Positions 40,740-53,600 of a stretch of 59,397 bases of DNA are shown piece by piece. The notes beneath the pieces are model-generated. The model was given only the letters and a program-made list of their open reading frames with translations, did not search any database and was not told the origin of the DNA. Source of the DNA: Protoeuglena noctilucae (taxonomy: Eukaryota); assembly GCA_958009085.1 (NCBI GenBank), contig OY253675.1, forward strand, positions 1,178,001 to 1,237,397, read 5' to 3'. The translations under genes and the position numbers were made by a program. The stretch's first letter is position 1. Each line of letters begins with the position of its first letter.

Positions 40740-41342
40740 CACGAGGGTGCAGAGCGGGATACCGACCGGTCGATCGGTGCAGTCTTCCAGCAAGAGTGGG
40801 GTAGGGCAGCGAGGGAGAGGGACGGGACGGGGCGTGGGCTGTGAAGTGCCACGACACCCGACCCCGCGCCGGGACCTTCCCATCCGCCCCTTTTGCACTC
40901 CGGGCGCCGCCTCGCCACCCCGCTTTTCCTCTGTCCGTCTTTCCACGGACCCGCCCTTGCCCGCCGTTCCTCGGATCCCCTCGTCGCTCACAGCCCTGCT
41001 GAGACTCCCACCCTTTGCGCGTTCCAGTGCCCGACTGCGTGGGCAAGCGCATCACCCCCGCACGCCACTCTCCCGGTGCCGTGCCACGCCCCCACCTGCC
41101 GAGTTAGGCTTGGCTGCCTGCTAGCCCCGCTCTTGTTAAGATAACCCTCTTTTAACCCAATTTGCCGCCAGCAGTCGTGCTTCGCTCTAGTCCGCTCATT
41201 ATCCGCTTTTCAAACGTGGCAGACGCGCGGGCGGGGCTGCCGCGTTGCGCGAAGACAGCCCCGCATAGCGATGGCAAGCTGGCAAGGCCTGGCCGCTGCT
41301 GGCAGGCCCGTCAAAGGGGAGGGTGCCCCTGAGCCGGCCGAC

Positions 41343-43290
41343 TCAAGCCTGCTTGGTGGCAGCAGCGCCGGGCTGGGCAGCAGCGCCGGGCTTAACTGCG
41401 GCGCCGGGCTGTGCGGCGGCACCGGGCTGAGCAGCGGCACCGGGCTGGGCAGCAGCGCCGGGCTGGGCAGCAGCGCCGGGCTGGGTGGCAGCAGCAGCAG
41501 CGCCGGGCTGGGCAGCAGCGCCCCCACCCTGCGGCAGGTTGAGTCCCGAGGGGAGGAGGACCTGGTCGATGATCTGCGGGGAGGGGGGAGGGGAGAGGAT
41601 GGGTGGCAGGGGCGTGAAACAGACCCATCACCCTGGCACCTGGCCATCCCCCTCCTTACCCGGACTTGCAGGTTGGTGTTGCAGATCCTGCCACCCCCCA
41701 GGATGGTGGCGGTGGTGCCGCCGGGGGACTTGACCTGGGCGCGGCTGACGGTGAGGTTCTGGCCGTTGAGGGTGGGGACAGAGCCCGTCGCGACGCAGGA
41801 CTTGGTGCCTGGGTGCAAGAGAGGGGTCGTGTGGGTGGCACAGGTAGAGACTGAGCGGTGAGTGCACCTGCTGTTGCATGCACGCGTGCATTGGCGTGCA
41901 TCCCATGCACGCGCATGCGACTGTGCAGTGTGCCGCATCCGCGTGCCCACTCACTGCTGATGTGCTCCTTGAGCACCGCCGTGAGGAGCTGCGTGTTGGA
42001 GAGCAGCTGCTGCTTGGTCTCGTTGAGCTTGGACAGCAGCGCTGCGGGGAGGGAAAGCGAGATGCACGGTCGCTTGGACATCGGGCAAAAGTGGCGCGTG
42101 CCGAGCCAGGGATGCGCATTCGCAGTTGCGCAATGCTCACCCTGGAAGGCGGAGTTGGTGGGGGCGTAGACGCACGCGCTGCTCTTCAGCAGGAGGTCGA
42201 TCAGGTTAGCCCTGGGTGGGGGGAGAGAGCAGGGGCGACATGATGATAGGCTTCCGACAAGGGCACACGACCATCTCATGTCTGCATCTCCTGAATCTCA
42301 GCGTGGCACAACACATGGCCATCCCTGCATCTCAGCCGTGCATGCTCACTCCTTGAGGGCGTCAAAGAAGAAGTACTGGCGCACGTTGAGGTCGGAGAGG
42401 TTGATGCAGTAGCCGGGGGCACGGGGGCGCGAAATGGCCTCCCGGGGCGGGGGGCCCATGCCCATGTTGCCAGCGCCGCCCATGTTGGCCATGCCGCCCA
42501 TGTTGGCCATGCCGCCCATGCCCATGCCCGCACCCATTCCGCCAGCACCGGCAGCACCGCCCGCACCTGCGCCCGTCGCACCTGCACCCGCTGCACCCGC
42601 GGTGGGGTTGGCATCGGCAGCCATCCGGCGCATGCCACCCGCGCCGCCAGCGCCCGTCGCACCGCCAGCACCGCCACCAGTCAAGCCGCCTGCGCCGGTC
42701 GAGCCACCCGCGAGGCCGACGCCCGTGGAGCTGCCCGCGAGGCCACCGCCCGTCGTGCTGCCGAGACCAGCCGTGGGTGGCACGGTGGGCGTAGGCATGA
42801 CGGTAGGCAGGGGCGTGGCGAGGGTCTGGGAGGAGGGCTCATTGGCCTCGATGGGCCTCTCCTTGGAAGAGGGCTCCTTGGCCTCGATGGGCTTCTCGAC
42901 CTCGCCCGACCGCATGGTGGATGTCGGGGTGGTCATCGGGGTGGCCAGCGGGGTGGTGAGGGGGGTGGCCGTAGGAGTGGTCGTGGCCGCGACGGGGGTG
43001 GTCGCCATCGGGGTCACCAGGGGCGTGGCGGCCACCGTCGGCGCGGGCGTGACGACGGCAACCGGGGTCGCGGCGGTGGCCTGCGCGAGGCTGCGGGGAA
43101 ACGGGGGGCGGGGCCTAGGGTGTCGGTTGGCTGTCGAGCCCCGCGCGGCAACTTCCAGACATTTACGCAGCCGCAGAGCCGCGCGATGGGATCTATGGTG
43201 ACGAAATCGCCCGTACCTCTTTGCCTGGGCGCCTCCGATGGCCAGAGCGGCCACCAGGAGGGTCCCGCCGAGTCGCGAGACCAGCCGCAT
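41343..43290 (-). CDS. Fasciclin (FAS1) domain protein B with T/P/G/A-rich and (QPGAAA)n repeats
   Basis: Signal peptide MRLVSRLGGTLLVAALAIGGAQA; CVYAPTNSAF; IIDQVLLP; paralogous to 32480-34739. Confidence 0.8.
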
Positions 43291-43624
43291 CTTGACGCGT
43301 AAAGTGGGCGATCGGGAACGGAGGGCGGCTCGACGAGGCAGGTTCGAGATGACTGTCGCGATGGATCGGGCGGCGCGGCCTTTAAGCTGCTCAGGCCAGG
43401 TGGCGCCAGTACGCCAGACCGTCTGGCAGCCCCTGCGCGCTCCCGCGCGGCGCTCTGTCCTCCTCTCTTTAAACGCTTTCCTAGATGGACGGCGTCTTCC
43501 CCAGCGCAACGATGCCAACGCGCTCGGCGCGCGCCCCCGCAGTCGGGCTAGCTGTCGGCCTGAGTGATCCCGAAAAGGGGAGCGCGGGCGCGCGTGTGCA
43601 AGGCCTCCCTCCCATCCTCGACCC

Positions 43625-44847
43625 TCAGTCGTCCTCCTCCCCGCCCAGCAGCCCCGCCATGCGCTCCGCCAGCTCCGCCGCCCCGCGCCGCCGCTCCGCG
43701 TCCGTCATGGCCCCCATCCGCGCCCGGTGCGCCGCCATCGCCGCCAGGAGACCCTCCACCTCCGCCGCCTCCTCGTCCCCTCCCCCCTCGCCGTCCTCCC
43801 GCATCGCCGTCTCCACCGCCCGATCCGCCAGCAGCTCCCGCTCCACCTCCGCCCCCTCGCCCCCGCGGCCCATGTGCTCCTCCATCTCCCGCGCGAGCTC
43901 CGCCTCCAGCTCCGCCTCCACCCCCAAACGCTCCCCGCCAGGGCCGCCATCCCCCGCCTCCCGCGCCAGCTCCCTCTCAATCTCCGCCTCCAGCTCCGCC
44001 TCCAGCCGCCGCTCGTCCTCGTCGCCCGCGGCTGCACCGCCGTTGGCCCGCGGGGGAGCCGCGTCCCCCGCCCCCAGCAGCGCGCGCCCCACCCGGCGCA
44101 TCCCCGGCCACGGGCACACCCCCAGGGCCTCCACCACGCGCCCGGCGCCCATGCGGTCCGCCTCGCGGCCCCGCGGCTGCCCCAGCGCCTCGTCCAGCGC
44201 CGCGTCCGTCGCACTTAGCAGGACGGGCTCCATGCCCACCTCGGCCGCCCACGCCCGCGCGTCGTCAAAGAAGGGACACAGCGCGCAAGGACCGGCGGGG
44301 CCGGGGGGGACCGGGTGCGCGGCCCCGCAGCCGGGGCAGGGGGCGGCGTCGCCAGTCGGGCCGCCCCCCACGGCCAGCACCAGCAGCCGCGCCTCCCCGC
44401 ACGCCGGGTCCGCCAGGGGCTCCCCTGCAGCAGCCGACGGGGGAGGCGGGTATCCAGCTGTCCTCATGCATCTCGACGCGCACCGCACAAGCATCGTCTT
44501 TCCCGCCAGCGCCCGGCCCGTCTGCTCTCAACTGCGCATGCCACTGCACCCCGTCACTCACCTGCGTCGCCACGGAGGGTCTCCTGAAGGCGGCGGAGGG
44601 ACTCCCGGTCGCCGCCGTCACACACTGTGAGGAGGGCGCCCGGCGCTCCGCCCGCCCCCTCCGCCGCGAGCCGCTCCCCCGCAGCCCGCAGCGTCAGCGG
44701 CTGCACGACCAGGTCCGCTGTGTAATAGCGCGTGGAAAGGGTCCATGGCACCCCGCCCTCGGACGCGGGGCGACCCGTGAGATGCGACGCGACGCTCTCC
44801 GCGAGGTGCAGGTCCTCCGCGACCACCCAGACCACCGCGGACGCCAT
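43625..44847 (-). CDS. AAGAB: Alpha/gamma-adaptin-binding protein p34 (Irc6-like), 2 exons
   Basis: PWTLSTRYYTAD, ARAWAAEVGMEPV, GAGRVVEALGVCPWPGM and C-terminal MTDAERRRGAAELAERM. Confidence 0.82.
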
Positions 44848-44888
44848 GGCTGGCCCCGTGGTGCGCACACGACCTGGGTCGCTCTATT

Positions 44889-45265
44889 CTAATACCGCCC
44901 GCAGTTGATGAAGGCGCCAGCACCCAAGCACAGGCCAAACATCGCCGCGGACTGCACGGACGTCTGCCCGACGTGACGCAGGCGGTAGAGGAAGGGGACG
45001 GGGAGCTTGAGGGCCTCCCAGGAGCCCCAGATGGTCCCGATCGCCACGCCGAGGGCCCCGCCGACTGCGCGACGCGAGTTTGTAAAGCCATTCTAGCGAT
45101 GGACGCGACGAGCGGGCCGAAGGGTCGCGATCGGGGCGATGGCGCGCGCATGAAAGCCTGGCCAAACCGCATCGCCCGCCCCGCTCCGTGGGGTGGGTCT
45201 GGGCGCGCAGAAGCAGCCTCACCAGCAGCTCCGTTGACTATGGCCTGCGAGCAGTCACGTGCCAT
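44889..45265 (-). CDS. ROMO1: ROMO1/Mgr2 mitochondrial inner-membrane protein, 2 exons (missed by the ORF track)
   Basis: MARDCSQAIVNGAA|VGGALGVAIGTIWGSWEALKLPVPFLYRLRHVGQTSVQSAAMFGLCLGAGAFINCGRY*. Confidence 0.9.
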
Positions 45266-45752
45266 CTTGCGGCAACCCGTGCGTCGGCACCAGTCGCTCT
45301 GCGGGGGCGGAGACGGGGCGATGCGGTCCAGCGCGACAACCCAGAGCTCGGCCCGGTCTACGGTCAATAGCAAAGCATCTTAGTGACTCTCTGAATGCGG
45401 GATGACGATGCGCCGGGGCTGTGGTCGCGCCATCGCGGGGTCACCGGGCGTGTGCGTGGAGAGGGTTGTTGGGCCCCGCCTTGTCCTCTGCAAGTGTCAC
45501 GGCGACGCGTAGGTCATCCGTAATCAGCTCGCGCCCTGAGACAGCCGCGCTCACTGGCACAGGAGCCCGTCAGATGTTTCACGTCCCAGCGGGACAAGCC
45601 ACGCGGCGTGGATGGCAGCACAACGCAGGCAGCGAAGACGAGGCTATCTTGATTCTCCCAGTCCTGACCATTCAACCTTTGGATGACATCCATTTCACGA
45701 TGCATGGCATGCTTGTGCGACAGACAGGCTGCAACGAACCAGCCATGCATCT

Positions 45753-46687
45753 CTACGGCTCTTCGGCGTCCTCGAACTGCCCATTGCTGTCCGCCCCCCC
45801 CTCTCCCTCCCCCTCCCCCTCCCCCAGCATGTCCCCCAGCCGCTCCATCGCCCGCCGCTGCTCCTCCGTAGCCCCCCGCATCGCCGCCGCCTCAAAGAAC
45901 ACGTCGTCGCCCTCCTCGCCCGACTCCGCCCCCTCCTCGTCCGGGTGCAGCGCCGCGCACTCGCACATGCTCTCGAACAGACCCTCCAGCTCCCCCGCGT
46001 CCTGGGGCACCAGGCGCACCTCCGTCATCGCATCCTCCTCAACTCCACCATCCCCATCGCCATCGCCATTGCCGTTGTCCTCTCCCCCCGCGTACGTCCC
46101 AGCCACCTGCGCGTGCAGGACAGGGTGCCACGGGGTCACGTTGGCACAGGGAGCGACCGCAGCGTCCCCCCTGCAACCCACGCCCAGTCTTGAAACGAGA
46201 GACTCGCCTGGCAGTAGATGCAGGGCCTCGGGTACGCAGACGTGTCGCGGGACACGGCGTGGAGGACGAGGCCACGGAAGTGGATTGCCAGGCCTGGCTT
46301 TGTGCGGTCGTCCTGCGAGTAGCAACAGGGCCCGGTTGGATCTACCACACATAGCGTCCCCAAACGCGCTCTCCGTGGCTGCAGCAGACCGAAGAGCGCC
46401 CCGCACGGCGCTCGCGCCCCGCTGCTCGCCTCTGGCAGCCAAATGATGCGCGCAGTCGTCACGTACAGGTTCCCCAGGCCCGGACGCTGCTCCTCGTCGA
46501 ACGCGATCTCAACCTGAGAAGCAACACAGATCGTGTTAGCCGCTGCGCGCGACAATCAGCTTCGCGAGCCCCACGCTGCAGCGCTGCTCACGTGCGGCAC
46601 TTTTCGGACCACCTCCTCCCCCTCGATGACCAGGACGGGCGCGCCAGTGTCGTCCCGATTCACAAAGTCATTGATGTACATCGCCAT
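45753..46687 (-). CDS. CLNS1A: Methylosome subunit pICln
   Basis: GLGNLYVTTARIIWL, LHAVSRDTSAYPRPCIYCQ, EVRLVP..LFESMCECAALHPD and C-terminal GQFEDAEE. Confidence 0.9.
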
Positions 46688-47145
46688 GGCTGCCTCACGC
46701 CTGGATCTGCGCCCTGCGGCGTGGTGGGACCTGCTTTGCGCTGGCCAGGCACCAGTGGCGCGATCGAAGGGGCAAGCGCTGATGCGGGAGCATGTGCGTG
46801 TGTGGACTACAATCAGCTGTCCGGCACACGGGTCCCGGTGTTCCGCCGGCAATGCGTTCATCTTCTGGCGCCTGGGTTTCCTGGCGTGTGACGCACCTGA
46901 GAAGCTGCGGCTCAAGCTCTCAGAGACCCGAGCTTGCTCTCAGATTCCCGAAGCGCAGGACGTTGGGCTCGACTCGGATCGTGGACGCCATCGCCACGCA
47001 CGGGGCTGCACGAATCGGACGCGCTTTTGATCCCGACGAGCGACGGCCGTGCACGCAGACAGGCACTTGCGCGCAGATTGTCGACCCCACGGCCTGAAGG
47101 TCGTTACTTGGCGGCCTCGCCGCGCAGGGAGGGGGCCCCGTGGCC

Positions 47146-49967
47146 ATGGGGACCGAAAGCAAGGCAAGTTCGTCGCGAGGCAGGCCCATGCGTTCGGCGT
47201 GTCGAGCACGGACCCTTTGCAGTAATTAGACACTGCGAATACGCCTAGATGATTGCCCTCTTGCGGCTTCCCCAGCCGCGCGGTTGCCTCAAAGCCCATG
47301 CCTCCCCTTCGCGCGTCTCCAGGACCCCGCGGGGGGTGAGGGCGTCAACCCGCACATCCCCCAGTTCATGTCAAGCGCTCCGTGGTATGCGGCGGCGGGG
47401 GACACCCCCCTGGGTCACCAGAAGAACTGGAAGGGGGCGGGTCCGCGCGAGGAGAGCGTGTGGGCGGCCCGGGTGCGCAAAACCTTCCAGGCCACCAAGT
47501 TTCGGAAGGGAGCGTGCGAGAACTGCGGCAGCATGACGCACAAGAGCGCCGAGGTGGGACCTGTGGGCTGCACTGCGTGTGGGGCGTCAACTGGGGGGGC
47601 GCATGTTGCGCGGTTGAGTGCAGAGCGTGACGCGCGCGGCCCTTCCCACCGCAGTGCCTGGAGCGTCCTCGCAAGGTCGGTGCCAAGTGGACGGGCGAGG
47701 ACATCGCTGCCGACGAGGAGGTGGAGGACGCGGGGGGGGAGTCGTACGACGCGAAGCGCGACCGGTACCGCGGCTATGACCCCGAGGACTACCAGCAGAC
47801 GGTGGCGAGATTCGAACGCATACAGGAGCTGCAGCAGAAGGCGGTCATCAAGAAGCTCATGGAGGCAAGGAGGGGTCTGTTTTGGACGTCGCCTGCTTGC
47901 GTGCCTCGCTTGGCGTTGCTGCGACACCCGCGGCGCTGTTTCGCCTTCAGGAGGAGAATCTGACAGCGGAGGAGGCGGCGCGGAAGGCGGAGGAGGCTCT
48001 GCTGGAGGCCGCGAGGGTGGACGCCAAGCAGGAGGACACGGGGGCGTTTGCCAAAGTGGAGAAGCGAGTGCGGCAGGGGGGAGGGGGGGGCAGCGCGGGG
48101 ACGGGTGAGGAGAGAGGAGCGGTGGGCGTGGGTGGCACGGGCCGGCGCAGTGCGCAGGGGCGGGTGGCTGTCGCCCATTGCTGCAAGCCCCACGTCGTTC
48201 CTCCACCCCCCCTCTCCTCCCTCGCAGTTCGCAATCTGCGTATCCGCGAGGACACCGCCAAGTACCTCCTCAACCTGGACCTGGACTCCGCGTACTATGA
48301 CCCCAAGTCGCGGTCGATGCGTGAGGACCCCACGCCCCACCTCAGCGCCAAGGAGAAGGCGAGGGTGGGAATGAATGAGCATGGCATGGCGTTACGTGTA
48401 ATGGCACGCAGCTGTGGCATGGCATGGGCACGCTGGCTGTGCACATGCGGCAGTCAGTCTCGAGGCCACCCTCTCACGCATGTACATGTGAGCCGACCCC
48501 TCATGTCGCCTGCCCCGTTGTCTCCCAGGTGTTTGCCGGGGAGAACTTCGAGAAGGCCTCCGGGGAGTTCCGCGAGTGGCTCCTCCTCCAGGAGCAGGCG
48601 CAGAAGGCGTGGTCCATGGGCGTGGACATGCACACCCACGCCGCCCCCTCCCAGGCGGAGCTGCTGCGGCGTCAGTTCCTGGAGAAGCGCAAGGCACTGG
48701 CGACGAACCAGAAGTCGGGGGTGCTGGAGAAGTACGGTGAGGAATAAGAGTGGGGTCAGGGGTCCTGTGTGGGGGGTCGATAGATGCGCACCCTTCTCGG
48801 CAGTCGCGGGATCTCCGTCAATGGTGATGGTTGAGTGCCTGCGTCCATGTCACCCCCACAGCCACTCTCTTCGCCATCCATCAGCAAGCGCTTCCTCTAG
48901 TATCACCCGCATCCCCACTCACCCCCAGGCAACGTGGCGGAAGAGGAGCCTGAGGAGCTGCGGGAGATGCAGCAGACGGAGGCATACGTGGAGTACGACA
49001 GGGCGGGGAGGGTCAAACTGGGGAAGGCGAGAGATGGGTTGAGGATGATAGCACTCTCTCTTGTGTGCTCTCTTGTCATGCTCACCAACCACGCGTGCAC
49101 ACCGTCGCCTGTCGCCTCACCCTATCGCTGCTCTGCCCGCGTCCCCAGGAGTCCCGGGTGTTTTCCCGCTACAAGGAGGACGTGTTCCCCGGTAACCACT
49201 CCTCCGTGTGGGGCTCGTGGTGGCACGCGGGGCGGTGGGGGTACCGCTGCTGCCATGCCACGGCGCGCAACGCCTGGTGCACGGGGGAGGCGGGGGTGCG
49301 GGCGGAGGCGGAGAAGGAGGCGCGGATGGAGAGGAACGTGGAGAGGAGGGAGGCGGAGAGGGAGGCGAAGAAGGACAGGGAGGGGGGGGAGGGCGCGGGT
49401 GCGGGTGCGGGTGCGAGTGGTGCGGCCAAGGGGCAGGGGCGGGACATGTACGGGAGGGAGCTGACGTTGGACGAGGAGGTGGACCCGGGGAAGCTGAAGG
49501 AGGCGCTGGAGAGGTGAGGGGGCGGGGGGATGGGATGGGTGAGGCTTGAGGGTGGGAGAAGCTGAGAGGTTGGGGTAGTTGGCGAGTGGATGGTGCTGTC
49601 ATGACGATATGCTGATAACAGTGGTCGGTCAGCGACAGTCACTTGCTCGCCCGCGTGCGCAGGGAGGAGCGTCGCCTGCGGGAGCAGCGGGAGGGGGAGG
49701 GCGTGGACGGCCGCAAGCGCAAGTACATGACGCCGGGGTCCACGGACGGCATGACGGTGGAGGAGCTGGAGGCATTCCAGGTGAGGCTGCCCTGGTGGTG
49801 TTGAAAAGCTGGGTCAATGAGCAAGGGGCGGGCAGGGTGCAGGTTAGCGACTGGCTCCCCGCGTGCGCAGAGCGAGATGAGAGTGCCGCGCCCTTGCCCC
49901 GCAGATGAAGCGCGTGAGGGCGGACGATCCCATGGCGCAGATGAAGGGGGACGACAGCCTGCTCTAG
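47146..49967 (+). CDS. SLU7: Pre-mRNA splicing factor SLU7
   Basis: [14 protein letters not shown], zinc knuckle [56 protein letters not shown] and [17 protein letters not shown]. Confidence 0.95.
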
Positions 49968-50628
49968 GACCACGCCTGTGTCTCTGTCTATCGAACGTTC
50001 TGCTAGCGTAGGGGGCACAGACCTCCTTGGCGCGAGTGTTGAAGTCGAGAGCGAGTGGACGACAGGCAGATGGCGTTTCCGATGCTCAGCGAGCCTCGAA
50101 TCTGCACGAAACGGAGCCCGTGATGTCCGGCGCATGGGCACTTGCGTCCCGGACGAGCGTCAGACGTCGCACGCGACAGAACTCGCTTTGCCAGGCTACA
50201 GCGTAATTTCATACTGTCGTATCTGTGACCCGACGTGGCCTGCGCTGCGTTTCGCCCTCAGGGGCGACGGCGCAAGCTGCGCGATGCCGTGGGCTGTTTA
50301 GCGAATAGGTTCCTCTCTTGCAGTCGCGATGCCGCTGTGATGTGTGTGCAACATGCGCCTTTACTCTGCTCACCATGCGTAGCGGGTCTTTCAGAACCCC
50401 AGCGATTCCCGCCAACAGCTCAGGCTGTGAGTGTGCGCAAAAGGTGACCCACGCGGCGATGCGCGCATGTTCTGCAGGCGGCATTATGCAATCCCATCTC
50501 CATACCATGCATACGAATTCTTTGCGTGGTTATCGCGCCCGCAATGAGCCTCACCGAGGTGCTCCAGCGCGCACACGCAGGTGCTGCGTGATGAGACGGC
50601 TGCCCGCGACTGACGACGACTGGCCGGC

Positions 50629-53600
50629 ATGGGCAACACTTGCGGTCGAACCCCGAGCGCCTGGGATGGCGCGGGGCCCGCGACTGCCGCGGACGCAGCC
50701 GCAGCTGTGCTCGCTTTGCTGTCGCCCGGGGCCCTGCCCCAGCCTCCAAGCCCAGCCAGGTGCGTGCCTGGCCGCGACTCTCCGCCCGCTATTCAATGTC
50801 GAACGCTGCGTCGCTTGCACCACCGCTGCTCTTCCCTTTGCAGTGGGCATGGCGTGACCTGCGTGTGTGGCGTGAGGCACGTGCACAGCCAGCTCTTGCA
50901 AGGGCAGCTGGATGCGATGTCGCTGCATGCGGTGCGGAGGGCAGTGGACGCGGCCCGGGCAGCGGCAGATGCCACCGCGCGGGCGTGCAGGGAGAGGGAC
51001 GCGCGTGCAGGCGGGGGGTCGGGACGGGGGACCAAAGAGGGCCGCAAGGGGAGAGCAGGGATGGGGCAAGATACGGCCGCGCTGGAACCCGCGTCTCTGC
51101 TGCCCCCCGCGCGGGTGGCGGAGGAGCTGGACAGCTGCCCGGCTGCCGTGGCAGAGGCAGTCAGGTGACGACCTGCCGCAGAGGGCGCGTCGCTACCCGA
51201 GGTGTCCTCGGCTGCTGCCTTTGCATCGCCTCATCCCTTCCCTCTTCCTGCAGTGAGATGTGGGCGCTCGCAGTGCGTGGCTGCGACGCCTTCGCCGCCT
51301 GCCCCCTGCCCCGTGCCAACGCCGGCAAGGTGCTGGTCGCCCTGCTGACCGCGGCCGCCTCTGCCAGCCTGGTGAGGGACAGGAGGACACATGGATTGCG
51401 TCGCATTCATAGGCCAATCTGGCTGATTGATGCAATGCACCCACGCTTGCTCCCGCAGGCAAGTCCCACCAACCTGGGCCTCCGCGCCTCATTCCTCGCT
51501 GAGCTGGTGGCCGCGTGCCGACTGGCCGCCAACTTCCTTACGTCGTGTCCCGGGGAGGGGGCACTGCGGAGGGCACTCGGGGACCTGCCAGGTGCGTGGC
51601 AGCCCTAGGCACTTGCACCCACTCCCTCCGCTCAGCAGTGCTTTGCAGCAGTGGGCGTTGGTGCCTACTCCTCGCTACCACCCGCACCCCGGCCACCGCT
51701 ACTGCCTCACCCCCCACATCAGATGACCAGGACGCGGTGATGGCCGTGGGGGACGTGGCAGGAGCAGCAGAGCCACTGTTCGACACAGCAGCGCTGCATG
51801 GGTGGAAGGCATGGCGCTTTCGCGACGGCGTGCGCACTCTGCGGCGGCGGGTGGCGAGGGCAGGGGGTGCCGCGACAGTCGAGGCGGCCGTCCTGGGGTG
51901 AGATGCCGAGCAGACGATGATGTGGATGTGGGTCCTGCATGCCTCGTCAGCCGACGCCTCGCGAATCCTCTCCCGTCGCAGTGCGCTCGAGTCCCCCTCC
52001 CGCATGGCAGCGGTAGCGGCCGTGCTGGGGATGACCGGGGAGGCGCTGAGGGGGGCGCTGGAGGCGGTGGGGGTGGTGCCGGGCGACGGTGGCGGGTGTG
52101 GCGAGGGGGGCGTTTGGGACGACGAGGGGAAGACTCCTCTGCCACCATGGATGCGCCAGGTGCCGATGAGAGAGGGCGCAGATGCATCGCTGCTAGGGCC
52201 ATGGCTGTGCAACTGTCGCTGTGACTGATCCCCGACTGCCTCTGCCCCCCAGGCGTGGTTGTCTGCCGCACAGGAGTGGCACTCACAGGCGCAGTGCCGT
52301 GGGGTGCCCGCCGCAGTGCTGGCGTGGCGACTCCTCCACCAAAGCCGCAATGCCACCCCCGATGCCGTCGCTGCCCACCGCGCGGCGCTGCGGTCCCTCG
52401 CCGCGCAGGGCGTGGCCTGCGACGATCCTCGCCCCCTCGCGGATGCGGTGCTGCAGCCGATGATGGACCCCCTCGGGTGCGTGCCTGCGACAGTGGTGGT
52501 TGAGCACATGCGCGACAGCTGCGCACCCAGGCAGTCCAGTCTCGGCATCCAAGCAACTCTCCCCACCCGCAGACTCGGCCGCGTAGGTCTGCAGGACTTC
52601 GCCCTCTTTTACTGCCGTGCCCCCGCCGCCCTCGCCCACCTACGCAACAGCAAAGGGGATGGCCACCACACCACCACGCACAGCACGGGCAGCGAGGGAC
52701 CCACGCCGGTGTTCTCTTCTTCGTTCTTGTTGCAAGCCATCGCTGCGTGCAGGGACTCGCTGGGTAAGTGCGGGGCACCAGCCACAGCGATGCAGTCGCA
52801 AGCACGGCACAGGCGCCCATGCTTGCACTGCCCGCCTCGCCGTCGCAGGGGAGGCAGCCGCCCACGCCCCGCTGCTCCGTCGCCTCCGCGGCCAGCTGCG
52901 GCGGTCGGGACTGTGGCCGCCCCCCCGCCCCCGCGCCTGGGCTGGCGCGCTGGCCCTGCGTCAGCCGGGGTCGCTCACGTGGCTGCTGGACGCAGTCGGC
53001 CGGTGGGACGCGCGGGGTCGCTCGCCGAGGATGCTCTAAGTAGAAGGGCCGGCGGGGTCGGGCAAGACGGTCGCAGCCGCCACGGTCGCTGCCACGAGTG
53101 GGGCGGCCGCGTGCTTGTGGATGCGCCACGACGAGGCCACGGGCATGGTGAGTGGTCGCATCTGCTTGTCGCATGTGTCGCTTGCTATTGCGCCACGGAG
53201 GTGTCTCTCTGGTCGTCGCTGCCCCTGCGTGTCCCATCGATTGCTTGTACGTCTGTGTCACTCGGTGCCTCCCTCGTCGTCTCCGCAGAGACCGGAGCGC
53301 GTGGCTGCGGCGCTGTGTTGCCAGCTCGCGGCCCACAGTGCCGTCTTCTGCAGGAGCGCCCTCGAGTGCCTGGCCTCCGCAGAGGCAGGCGCCCGCGACC
53401 GATGCGAGGGTGCGCCGGGGGCGGGGCTGCGGGAGGCGGAGGCGGAGGCGGTCGTGGAGGCGGCGCTGCTGGCACCAGGTGGGACGTGGGGGGTAAGAGA
53501 GATGGGCTGGCATGTTACCCGGCTGAGGGCTGAGATGCGTCATGTCGTGCATGCGCACGAAGGCACTCGTTGCCAAATGTCGCGCCTGGCAGCACTGATA

